NCBI GenBank assembly: GCA_964016885.1
Contig: OZ024744.1
Coordinates: 47,678,001-47,742,000, forward strand
Direction: 5' to 3'
Origin: Eledone cirrhosa
Lineage: Eukaryota
Length of the DNA stretch: 64,000 nucleotides
Both the position numbers and the translations under genes were made by a program. Every line of letters starts with the position of its first letter. Within the stretch, counting starts at the first letter, position 1. Below are positions 30,601 through 45,700 of this stretch, one piece after another. The notes below the pieces were generated by a model, which saw only the letters and a program-made list of their open reading frames with translations, did no database searches and had not been told where the DNA came from.

Positions 30601-33600
30601 ATTAGACTATCAAGACCAGAACACCAACCACATCAGATTAGACTATCCTGACCAGAACACCAACCACATTAGACTATCAAGAACAGAACTCCAACCACAT
30701 TACACTATCAAGACCAGAACACCAACCACATCACATTAGACTATCAAGACCAGAACACCAACCACATCACATTAGACTATCAAGACCAGAACACCAACCA
30801 CATTAGACTATCATGACCAGAACACCAACCACATTAGACTATCAAGACCATAACACCAACCACATCACATCAGACTATCAAGAGCAGAACACCAACCACA
30901 TTAGACTATCAAGACCAGAACACCAACCATATTAGACTATCAAGACCAGAACACCAACCACATTAGACTATCAAGACCAGAACACCAACCACATTAGACT
31001 ATCAAGACCAGAACACCAACCACATTAGACTATCAAGACCAGAACACCAACCACATTAGACTATCAAGACCAGAACACCAACCACATTAGACTATCAAGA
31101 CCAGAACACCAACCACATTAGACTATCAAGACCAGAACACCAACCACATCACATAAGACTATGAAGACCAGAACATAAACCACATCACATTAGACTATCA
31201 AGACCAGAACACCAACCACATCACATTAGACTATCAAGACCAGAACACCAACCACATCACATTAGACTATCAAGACCTGAACACCAACCACATCACATTA
31301 GACTATCAAGACCAGAACACCAACAACATCTCATTAGACTATCAAGACCAGAACACCAACCACATTAGACTATCAAGAACAGAACACCAACAACATTAGA
31401 CTATCAAGACCATAACACCAACCACATTAGACTATCAAGAACAGAACACCAACCATATTAGACTATCAAGACCAGAACACCAACAACAATAGACTATCAA
31501 GACCAGAACACCAACCACATTAGACTATCAAGAACAGAACACCAACCACATTAGACTATCAAGACAAGAACACCAACCACATTAGAGTATAAAGAACAGA
31601 ACACCAACCACATTAGACTATCAAGAACAGAACACCAACCACATTAGACTATCAAGACCAGAACACCAACCACATCACATTAGCCTATCAAGAACAGAAC
31701 ACCAACCACATTAGACTATCAAGACCAGAACTCCAACCACATTAGACTATCAAAACCAGAACACCAACCACATCACATTAGACTATCAAGACCAGAACAC
31801 CAACCACATTAGACTATCAAGACCAGAACACCAACCACATCACATTAGAATATCCAGACCAGAACACCAACCATATCACATTAGACTATCAAGATCTGAA
31901 CACCAACCACATCACATTAGAATATCAAGACCAGAACACCAACAACATCACATTAGACTATCAAGACCAGAACACCAACCACATTAGACTATCAAGAACA
32001 TAACACCAACAACATTAGACTATCAAGACCAGAACACCAACAACATTAGACTATCAAGACCAGAACACCAACCACATTAGACTATCAAGAACAGAACACC
32101 AACCACATTAGACTATCAAGAACAGAACACCAACCACATTAGACTATCAAGACCAGAACACCAACAACATCACATTAGCCTATCAAGAACAGAACACCAA
32201 CCACATTAGACTATCAAGACCAGAACACCAACCACATTAGACTATCAAGACCAGAACACAAACCACATCACATTAGACTATCAATACCAGAACACCAACC
32301 ACATTAGACTATCAAGACCAGAACACCAACCACATCACATTAGAATATCAAGACCAGAACACCAACCACATCACATTAGACTATCAAGACCTGAACACCA
32401 ACCACATCACATTAGACTATCAACACCAGAACACCAACAACATCACATTAGACTATCAAGACCAGAACACCAACCACATTAGACTATCAAGAACATAACA
32501 CCAGCAACATTAGACTATCAAGACCATAACACCAACCACATTAGACTATCAAGAACAGAACACCAACCACATTAGACTATCAAGACCAGAACACCAACCA
32601 CATTAGACTATCAAGACCAGAACACCAACCACATCACATTAGACTATCAAGACCAGAACACCAACCACATCACATTAGACTATCAAGACCTGAACACCAA
32701 CCACATCACATTAGACTATCAAGACCAGAACACCAACAACATCACATTAGACTATCAAGACCAGAACACCAACCACATTAGACTATCAAGAACAGAACAC
32801 CAACAACATTAGTCTATCAAGACCATAACACCAACCACATTAGACTATCAAGAACAGAACACCAACCACATTAGACTATCAAGACCAGAACACCAACAAC
32901 AATAGACTATCAAGACCAGAACACCAACCACATTAGAGTATCAAGAACAGAACACCAACCACATTAGACTATCAAGAACAGAAAACCAACCACATTAGAC
33001 TATCAAGAACAGAACACCAACCACATTAGACTATCAAGACCAGAACACCAACCACATCACATTAGCCTATCAAGAACAGAACACCAACCACATTAGACTA
33101 TCAAGACCAGAACACCAACCACATTAGACTATCAAAACCAGAACACCAACCACATCACATTAGACTATCAAGACCAGAACAGCACCCACATTAGACTATC
33201 AAGACCAGAACACCAACCACATCACATTAGAATATCAAGACCAGAACACCACCATATCACATTAGACTATCAAGACCTGAACACCAACCACATCACATTA
33301 GACTATCAAGACCAGAACACCAACAACATCACATTAGACTATCAAGACCAGAACACCAACCACATTAGACTATCAAGAACATAACACCAACAACATTAGA
33401 CTATCAAGACCATAACACCAACCACATTAGACTATCAAGAACAGAATACCAACCACATTAGACTATCAAGACCAGAACACCAACAACAAAAGACTATCAA
33501 GACCAGAACACCAACCACATTAGACTATCAAGAACAGAACACCAACCACATTAGACTATCAAGACCAGAACACCAACCACAGTAGACTATCAAGAACAGA

Positions 33601-36600
33601 ACACCAACCACATTAGACTATCAAGAACAGAACACCAAACACATTAGACTATCAAGACCAGAACACCAACCACATCACATTAGCCTATCAAGAACAGAAC
33701 ACCAACCACATTAGACTATCAAGACCAGAACACCAACCACATTAGACTATCAAGACAAGAACACCAACCACATCACATTAGACTATCAAGACCAGAACAC
33801 CAACCACATTAGACTATCAAGACCAGAACACCAACCACATCACATTAGAATATCAAAACCAGAACACCAACCACATCACATTAGACTATCAAAACCTGAA
33901 CACCAACCACATCACATTAGACTATCAAGACCAGAACACCAACAACATCACATTAGACTATCAAGACCAGAACACCAACCACATTAGACTATCAAGAACA
34001 GAACACCAACAACATTAGACTATCAAGACCATAACACCAACCACATTAGACTATCAAGAACAGAACACCAACCACATTAGACTATCAAGACCAGAACACC
34101 AACAACATTAGACTATCAAGACCAGAACACCAACCACATTAGACTATCAAGGACAGAACACCAACCATATTAGACTATCAAGACCAGAACACCAACCACA
34201 TTAGACTATCAAGAACAGAACACCAACCACATTAGACTATCAAGAACAGAACACCAACCACATTAGACTATCAAGACCAGAACACCAACCACATCACATT
34301 AGCCTATCAAGAACAGAACACCAACCACATTAGACTATCAAGACCAGAACACCAACCACATTAGACTATCAAGAACAGAACACAAACCACATTAGACTAT
34401 CAAGACCAGAACACCAACCACATTAGACTATCAAGACCAGAACACCAAACACATTACACTATCAAGAACAGAACACCAACCACATTAGACTATCAAGAAC
34501 AGAACACCAACCACATTAGACTATCAAGAACAGAACACCAACCACATTAGACTATCAAGACCAGAACACCAACCACATTAGACTATCAAGAACAGAACAC
34601 CAACCACATTAGACTATCAAGAACAGAACACCAACCACATTAGACTATCAAGAACAGAACACAAACCACATTAGACTATCAAGACCAGAACATTAACAAC
34701 ATCACATAGTCTATCAAGACCAGAACACCAACAACATCACATTAGACTATCAAGACCAGAACACCACCCACATCACATTAGACTATCAAGACCAGAACAC
34801 CAAACACATCACATTAGACTATCAAGACCAGAACACCAACCACATTAGACTACCAAGACCAGAACACCAACCACATCACATTGGACTATTAAGACCAGAA
34901 CACCAACCACATTAGACTATCAAGACCAGAACTCCAACCACATTAGACTATCAAGACCAGAACACCAACCACATCACATTAGACTATCAAGACCATAACA
35001 CCAACCACATTAGACTATCAAGACCATAACACCAACCACATTAGACTATCAAGACCAGAACAACAACTAGATCATATTAGACTATCAAGACCAGAACATC
35101 AACAATATCATTTTAGACTATCAAGACCAGAACACCAACATCATCACATTAGACTATCAAGACCAGAACACCAACCACATCACATTAGACTATCAAGACC
35201 AGAACACCAACCACATCACATTAGACTATCAAGACCAGAACACCAACCACATCACATTAGACTATCAAGACGTGAACACCAACCACATTAGACTATCAAG
35301 ACCAGAACACCAACCACATTAGACTATCAAGACCAGAACACCAACCACATTAGACTATCAAGACCAGAACACCAACCACATCACATTAGACTATCAAGAC
35401 CAGAACACCAACCACATTAGATTTCAAGACCAGAACACCAACCACATTATACTATCAAGACCAGAACACCAACCACATCACATTAGAATATCAAGACCAG
35501 AACACCAACCACATTAGACTATCAAGACCAGAACACCAACCACAATAGGCTATCAAGACCAGAACACCAACCACATTAGACTATCAATAACAGAACACCA
35601 ACCACATTAGACTATCAAGACAAGAACACCAACCACATTAGACTATCAAGAACAGAACACCAACCACATTAGACTATCAAGAACAGAACACCAACCACAT
35701 TAGACTATCAAGACCAGAACACCAACCACATCACATTAGCCTATCAAGAACAGAACACCAACCACATTAGACTATCAAGACCAGAACACCAACCACATTA
35801 GACTATCAAAACCAGAACACCAACCACATCACATTAGACTATCAAGACCAGAACACCAACCACATTAGACTATCAAGACCAGAACACCAACCACATCACA
35901 TTAGAATATCCAGACCAGAACACCAACCATATCACATTAGACTATCAAGACCTGAACACCAACAACATCACATTAGACTATCAAGAACAGAATACCAACC
36001 ACATTAGACTATCAAGACCAGAACACCAACAACATCACATTAGCCTATCAAGAACAGAACACCAACCACATTAGACTATCAAGACCAGAACACCAACCAC
36101 ATTAGACTATCAAGACCAGAACACCAACCACATCACATTAGACTATCAAGACCAGAACACCAACCACATTAGACTATCAAGACCAGAACACCAACCACAT
36201 CACATTAGAATATCAAGACCAGAACACCAACCACATCACATTAGACTATCAACACCAGAACACCAACAACATCACATTAGACTATCAAGACCAGAACACC
36301 AACCACATTAGACTATCAAGAACATAACACCAGCAACATTAGACTATCAAGACCATAACACCAACCACATTAGACTATCAAGAACAGAACACCAACCACA
36401 TTAGACTATCAAGACCAGAACACCAACAACAATAGACTATCAAGACCAGAACACCAACCACATTAGACTATCAAGAACAGAACACCAACCATATTAGACT
36501 ATCAAGACCAGAACACCAACCACATTAGACTATCAAGAACAGAACACCAACCACATTAGACTATCAAGAACAGAACACCAACCACATTAGACTATCAAGA

Positions 36601-39600
36601 CCAGAACAACAACCACATTAGACTATCAAGACCAGAACACCAACCACATCACATTAGACTATCAAGACCAGAACACCAACCACATTAGACTATCAAGACC
36701 AGAACACCAACCACATCACATTAGACTATCAAGACCAGAACACCAACCACATCACATTAGACTATCAAGACCTGAACACCAACCACATCACATTAGACTA
36801 TCGAGACCAGAACACCAACAACATCACATTAGACTATCAAGACCAGAACACCAACCACATTAGACTATCAAGAACAGAACACCAACAACATTAGACTATC
36901 AAGACCATAACACCAACCACATTAGACTATCAAGAACAGAACACCAACCACATTAGACTATCAAGACCAGAACACCAACAACAATAGACTATCAAGACCA
37001 GAACACCAACCACATTAGACTATCAAGAACAGAACACCAACCACATTAGACTATCAAGACCAGACCACCAACCACATTAGACTATCAAGAACAGAATACC
37101 AACCACATTAGACTATCAAGAACAGAACACCAACCACATTAGACTATCAATACCAGAACACCAACCACATCACATTAGCCTATCAAGAACAGAACACCAA
37201 CCACATTAGACTATCAAGACCAGAACACCAACCACATTAGACTATCAAAACCAGAACACCAACCACATCACATTAGACTATCAAGACCAGAACACCACCC
37301 ACATTAGACTATCAAGACCAGAACACCAACCACATCACATTAGAATATCAAGACCAGAACACCAACCATATCACATTAGACTATCAAGACCTGAACACCA
37401 ACCACATCACATTAGACTATCAAGACCAGAACACCAACAACATCACATTAGACTATCAAGACCAGAACACAAACCACATTAGACTATCAAGAACATAACA
37501 CCAACAACATTAGACTATCAAGACCATAACACCCACCACATTAGACTATCAAGAACAGAATACCAACCACATTAGACTATCAAGACCAGAACACCAACAA
37601 CAATAGACTATCAAGACCAGAACACCAACCACATTAGACTATCAAGAACAGAACACCAACCACATTAGACTATCAAGACCAGAACACCAACCACATTAGA
37701 CTATCAAGAACAGAACACCAACCACACTAGACTATCAAGAACAGAACACCAACCACATTAGTCTATCAAGACCAGAACACCAACCACATCACATTAGCCT
37801 ATCAAGAACAGAACACCAACCACATTAGACTATCAAGACCAGAACACCAACCACATTAGACTATCAAGACAAGAACACCAACCACATTACATTAGACTAT
37901 CAAGACCAGAACACCAACCACATCAGATTAGACTATCCTGACCAGAACACCAACCACATTAGACTATCAAGAACAGAACTCCAACCACATTACACTATCA
38001 AGACCAGAACACCAACCACATCACATTAGACTATCAAGACCAGAACACCAACCACATCACATTAGACTATCAAGACCAGAACACCAACCACATTAGACTA
38101 TCATGACCAGAACACCAACCACATTAGACTATCAAGACCATAACACCAACCACATCACATCAGACTATCAAGAGCAGAACACCAACCACATTAGACTATC
38201 AAGACCAGAACACCAACCATATTAGACTATCAAGACCAGAACACCAACCACATTAGACTATCAAGACCAGAACACCAACCACATTAGACTATCAAGACCA
38301 GAACACCAACCACATTAGACTATCAAGACCAGAACACCAACCACATTAGACTATCAAGACCAGAACACCAACCACATTAGACTATCAAGACCAGAACACC
38401 AACCACATTAGACTATCAAAACCAGAACACCAACCACATCACATAAGACTATGAAGACCAGAACATAAACCACATCACATTAGACTATCAAGACCAGAAC
38501 ACCAACCACATCACATTAGACTATCAAGACCAGAACACCAACCACATCACATTAGACTATCAAGACCTGAACACCAACCACATCACATTAGACTATCAAG
38601 ACCAGAACACCAACAACATCACATTAGACTATCAAGACCAGAACACCAACCACATTAGACTATCAAGAACAGAACACCAACAACATTAGACTATCAAGAC
38701 CATAACACCAACCACATTAGACTATCAAGAACAGAACACCAACCATATTAGACTATCAAGACCAGAACACCAACAACAATAGACTATCAAGACCAGAACA
38801 CCAACCACATTAGACTATCAAGAACAGAACACCAACCACATTAGACTATCAAGACAAGAACACCAACCACATTAGAGTATAAAGAACAGAACACCAACCA
38901 CATTAGACTATCAAGACCAGAACTCCAACCACATTAGACTATCAAAACCAGAACACCAACCACATCACATTAGACTATCAAGACCAGAACACCAACCACA
39001 TTAGACTATCAAGACCAGAACACCAACCACATCACATTAGAATATCCAGACCAGAACACCAACCATATCACATTAGACTATCAAGATCTGAACACCAACC
39101 ACATCACATTAGAATATCAAGACCAGAACACCAACAACATCACATTAGACTATCAAGACCAGAACACCAACCACATTAGACTATCAAGAACATAACACCA
39201 ACAACATTAGACTATCAAGACCAGAACACCAACAACATTAGACTATCAAGACCAGAACACCAACCACATTAGACTATCAAGAACAGAACACCAACCACAT
39301 TAGACTATCAAGAACAGAACACCAACCACATTAGACTATCAAGACCAGAACACCAACAACATCACATTAGCCTATCAAGAACAGAACACCAACCACATTA
39401 GACTATCAAGACCAGAACACCAACCACATTAGACTATTAAGACCAGAACACCAACCACATCACATTAGACTATCAATACCAGAACACCAACCACATTAGA
39501 CTATCAAGACCAGAACACCAACCACATCACATTAGAATATCAAGACCAGAACACCAACCACATCACATTAGACTATCAAGACCTGAACACCAACCACATC

Positions 39601-42600
39601 ACATTAGACTATCAACACCAGAACACAAGCAACATCACATTAGACTATCAAGACCAGAACACCAACCACATTAGACTATCAAGAACATAACACCAGCAAC
39701 ATTAGACTATCAAGACCATAACACCAACCACATTAGACTATCAAGAACAGAACACCAACCACATTAGACTATCAAGACCAGAACACCAACCACATTAGAC
39801 TATCAAGACCAGAACACCAACCACATCACATTAGACTATCAAGACCAGAACACCAACCACATCACATTAGACTATCAAGACCTGAACACCAACCACATCA
39901 CATTATACTATCAAGACCAGAACACCAACAACATCACATTAGACTATCAAGAACAGAACACCAACCACATTAGACTATCAAGAACAGAACACCAACAACA
40001 TTAGTCTATCAAGACCATAACACCAACCACATTAGACTATCAAGAACAGAACACCAACCACATTAGACTATCAAGACCAGAACACCAACAACAATAGACT
40101 ATCAAGACCAGAACACCAACCACATTAGAGTATCAAGAACAGAACACCAACCACATTAGACTATCAAGACCAGAACACCAACCACATTAGACTATCAAGA
40201 ACAGAAAACCAACCACATTAGACTATCAAGAACAGAACACCAACCACATTAGACTATCAAGACCAGAACACCAACCACATCACATTAGCCTATCAAGAAC
40301 AGAACACCAACCACATTAGACTATCAAGACCAGAACACCAACCACATTAGACTATCAAAACCAGAACACCAACCACATCACATTAGACTATCAAGACCAG
40401 AACAGCACCCACATTAGACTATCAAGACCAGAACACCAACCACATCACATTAGAATATCAAGACCAGAACACCAACCATATCACATTAGACTATCAAGAC
40501 CTGAACACCAACCACATCACATTAGACTATCAAGACCAGAACACCAACAACATCACATTAGACTATCAAGACCAGAACACCAACCACATTAGACTATCAA
40601 GAACATAACACCAACAACATTAGACTATCAAGACCATAACACCAACCACATTAGACTATCAAGAACAGAATACCAACCACATTAGACTATCAAGACCAGA
40701 ACACCAACAACAAAAGACTATCAAGACCAGAACACCAACCACATTAGACTATCAAGAACAGAACACCAACCACATTAGACTATCAAGACCAGAACACCAA
40801 CCACATTAGACTATCAAGAACAGAACACCAACCACATTAGACTATCAAGAACAGAACACCAAACACATTAGACTATCAAGACCAGAACACCAACCACATC
40901 ACATTAGCCTATCAAGAACAGAACACCAACCACATTAGACTATCAAGACCAGAACACCAACCACATTAGACTATCAAGACAAGAACACCAACCACATCAC
41001 ATTAGACTATCAAGACCAGAACACCAACCACATTAGACTATCAAGACCAGAACACCAACCACATCACATTAGAATATCAAAACCAGAACACCAACCACAT
41101 CACATTAGACTATCAAAACCTGAACACCAACCACATCACATTAGACTATCAAGACCAGAACACCAACAACATCACATTAGACTATCAAGACCAGAACACC
41201 AACCACATTAGACTATCAAGAACAGAACACCAACAACATTAGACTATCAAGACCATAACACCAACCACATTAGACTATCAAGAACAGAACACCAACCACA
41301 TTAGACTATCAAGACCAGAACACCAACAACATTAGACTATCAAGACCAGAACACCAACCACATTAGACTATCAAGGACAGAACACCAACCATATTAGACT
41401 ATCAAGACCAGAACACCAACCACATTAGACTATCAAGAACAGAACACCAACCACATTAGACTATCAAGAACAGAACACCAACCACATTAGACTATCAAGA
41501 CCAGAACACCAACCACATCACATTAGCCTATCAAGAACAGAACACCAACCACATTAGACTATCAAGACCAGAACACCAACCACATTAGACTATCAAGAAC
41601 AGAACACAAACCACATTAGACTATCAAGACCAGAACACCAACCACATTAGACTATCAAGACCAGAACACCAAACACATTACACTATCAAGAACAGAACAC
41701 CAACCACATTAGACTATCAAGAACAGAACACCAACCACATTAGACTATCAAGAACAGAACACCAACCACATTAGACTATCAAGACCAGAACACCAACCAC
41801 ATTAGACTATCAAGAACAGAACACCAACCACATTAGACTATCAAGAACAGAACACCAACCACATTAGACTATCAAGAACAGAACACAAACCACATTAGAC
41901 TATCAAGACCAGAACATTAACAACATCACATAGTCTATCAAGACCAGAACACCAACAACATCACATTAGACTATCAAGACCAGAACACCACCCACATCAC
42001 ATTAGACTATCAAGACCAGAACACCAAACACATCACATTAGACTATCAAGACCAGAACACCAACCACATTAGACTACCAAGACCAGAACACCAACCACAT
42101 CACATTGGACTATTAAGACCAGAACACCAACCACATTAGACTATCAAGACCAGAACTCCAACCACATTAGACTATCAAGACCAGAACACCAACCACATCA
42201 CATTAGACTATCAAGACCATAACACCAACCACATTAGACTATCAAGACCATAACACCAACCACATTAGACTATCAAGACCAGAACAACAACTAGATCACA
42301 TTAGACTATCAAGACCAGAACATCAACAATATCATTTTAGACTATCAAGACCAGAACACCAACATCATCACATTAGACTATCAAGACCAGAACACCAACC
42401 ACATCACATTAGACTATCAAGACCAGAACACCAACCACATCACATTAGACTATCAAGACCAGAACACCAACCACATCACATTAGACTATCAAGACGTGAA
42501 CACCAACCACATTAGACTATCAAGACCAGAACACCAACCACATTAGACTATCAAGACCAGAACACCAACCACATTAGACTATCAAGACCAGAACACCAAC

Positions 42601-42760
42601 CACATCACATTAGACTATCAAGACCAGAACACCAACCACATTAGATTTCAAGACCAGAACACCAACCACATTATACTATCAAGACCAGAACACCAACCAC
42701 ATCACATTAGAATATCAAGACCAGAACACCAACCACATTAGACTATCAAGACCAGAACAC
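26440..42760. repeat. Tandem pair of a ~7.3-7.5 kb higher-order unit (first copy lengthened to ~9.1 kb by an internal 1,640-bp duplication)
   Basis: CACAATAGGC 26451/35541 (9090). CAGACCACCA 28131/37061 and ATTAGAGTATAAAG 29941/38871 (8930, after a 160-bp loss near 35,980). CTAGAT 35067/42291. Confidence 0.85.
28870..32170. repeat. 1,640-bp near-identical tandem duplication
   Basis: ATTAGAGTATAAAG at 29941 and 31581; private CATC-TCATTAG variant at 29691 and 31331 (both offset 1640). Confidence 0.9.
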
Positions 42761-45700
42761 CAACCACATCACATTAGACTATCAAGAACAGAACACCAAC
42801 CACATCACATTAGACTATCAAGACCAGTACACCAACCACATCACATTAGACTATCAAGACCAGAACACCAACCACATCACATTAGACTATCAAGACGTGA
42901 ACACCAACCACATTAGACTATCAAGACCAGAACACCAACAACATTAGACTATCAAGACCAGAACACCAACCACATTAGACTATCAAGACCAGAACACCAA
43001 CCACATCACATTAGACTATCAAGACCAGAACACCAACAACATCACATTAGACTATCAAGACCATAACACCAACCATATTAGACTATCAAGACCAGAACAC
43101 CAACCACATCACATTAGACTATCAAGACCAGAACACCAACCACATTAGACTATCAAGACCAGAACACCAACCACATTAGACTATCAAGACCAGAACACCA
43201 ACCACATCACATTAGAATATCAAGACCAGAACACCAACCACATTAGACTATCAAGACCAGAACACCAACCACATCACATTAGACTATCAAGACCAGAACA
43301 CCAACCACATTAGACTATCAAGAACAGAACACCAACCACATTAGACTATCAAGAACAGAACACCAACCACATTAGACTATCAATACCAGAACACCAACCA
43401 CATCACATTAGACTATCAAGACCAGAACACTAACCACATTAGACTATCAAGACCAGAACACTAACAACATCACATAGTCTATCAAGACCAGAACACCAAC
43501 AACATCACATTAGACTATAAAGACCAGAACACCAACAACATCACATTAGACTATCAAGACCAGAACACCACCCACATCACATTAGACTATCAAAACCAGA
43601 ACACCAAACACATCACATAAGACTATCAAGACCAGAACACCAACCACATTAGACTACCATGACCAGAACAACAACCACATCACATTAGACTATTAAGACC
43701 AGAACACCAACCACATCACATTAGACTATCAAGACCAGAACACCAACCACATTAGACTATCAAGACCAGAACTCCAACCACATCACATTAGACTATCAAG
43801 ACCAGAACACCAACCACATTAGACTATCAAGACCAGAACACCAACCACATCACATTAGACTATCAAGACCAGAACACGAACCACATCACATTAGACTATC
43901 AAGACCAGAACACCAACCACATCACATTAGACTATCAAGACCATAACACCAACCACATTAGACTATCAAGACCAGAACACCAACCACATTAGACTATCAA
44001 GACCAGAACACCAACCACATTAGACTATCAAGACCAGAACACCAACCACATCACATAAGACTATCAAGACCAGAACATAAACCACATCACATTAGCCTAT
44101 CAAGACCAGAACACCAACCACATCACATTAGACTATCAAGACCAGAACACCAACCACATCACATTAGACCATCAAGACCAGAACACCAACCACATCACAT
44201 TAGACTATCAAGACCAGAACACCAACCGCATCACATTAGACTATCAAGACCAGAACACCAACCACATTAGACTATCAAGACCAGAACACCAACCACATTA
44301 GACTATCAAGACCAGAACACCAACCACATTAGACTATCAAGACCAGAACACCAACCACATCACATAAGACTATCAAGACCAGAACATAAACCACATCACA
44401 TTAGACTATCAAGACCAGAACACCAACCACATCACATTAGACTATCAAGACCAGAATACCAACCACATCACATTAGACTATCAAGACCAGAACACTAACC
44501 CCATTAGACTATCAAGACCAGAACACCAACCACATTAGACTATCAAGACCAGAACACCAACCACATTAAACTATCAAGACCAGAACACCAACCACATTAG
44601 ACTATCAAGACCAGAACTCCAACCACATTAGACTATCAAGACCAGAACACCAACCACATCACATTAGACTATCAAGACCAGAACACCAACCACATTAGAC
44701 TATCAAGACCAGAACACCAACAATATCATTTTAGACTATCAAGACCAGAACACCAACCACATTAGACTATCAAGACCAGAACACCAACAACATTAGACTA
44801 TCAAGACCAGAACACCAACCACATCACATTAGACTATCAAGACCAGAACACCAACCACGTTAGACTATCAAGACCAGAACACCAACCACATCACATTAGC
44901 CTATCAAGAAGAGAACACCAACCACATTAGACTATCAAGACCAGAACACCAACCACATTAGACTATCAAAACCAGAACACCAACCACATCACATTAGACT
45001 ATCAAGACCAGAACACCAACCACATTAGACTATCAAGACCAGAACACCAACCACATCACATTAGAATATCCAGACCAGAACACCTACCATATCACATTAG
45101 ACTATCAAGACCTGAACACCAACCACATCACATTAGACTATCAAGACCAGAACACCAACAACATCACATTAGACTATCAAGACCAGAACACCAACCACAT
45201 TAGACTATCAAGAACATAACACCAACAACATTAGACTATCAAGAACATAACACCAACCACATTAGACTATCAAGAACAGAACACCAACCACATTAGTCTA
45301 TCAAGAACAGAACACCAACCACATTAGACTATCAAGACCAGAGCACCAACAACATCACATTAGCCTATCAACAACAGAACACCAACCACATTAGACTATC
45401 AAGACCAGAACACCAACCACATTAGACTATCAAGACCAGAACACCAACCACATCACATTAGACTATCAAGACCAGAACACCAACCACATTAGACTATCAA
45501 CACCAGAACACCAACCACATCACATTAGAATATCAAGACCAGAACACCAACCACATCACATTAGACTATCAAGACCTGAACACCAACCACATCACATTAG
45601 ACTATCAAGACCAGAACACCAACCACATTAGACTATCAAGAACATAACACCAGCAACATTAGACTATCAAGACCATAACACCAACCACATTAGACTATCA

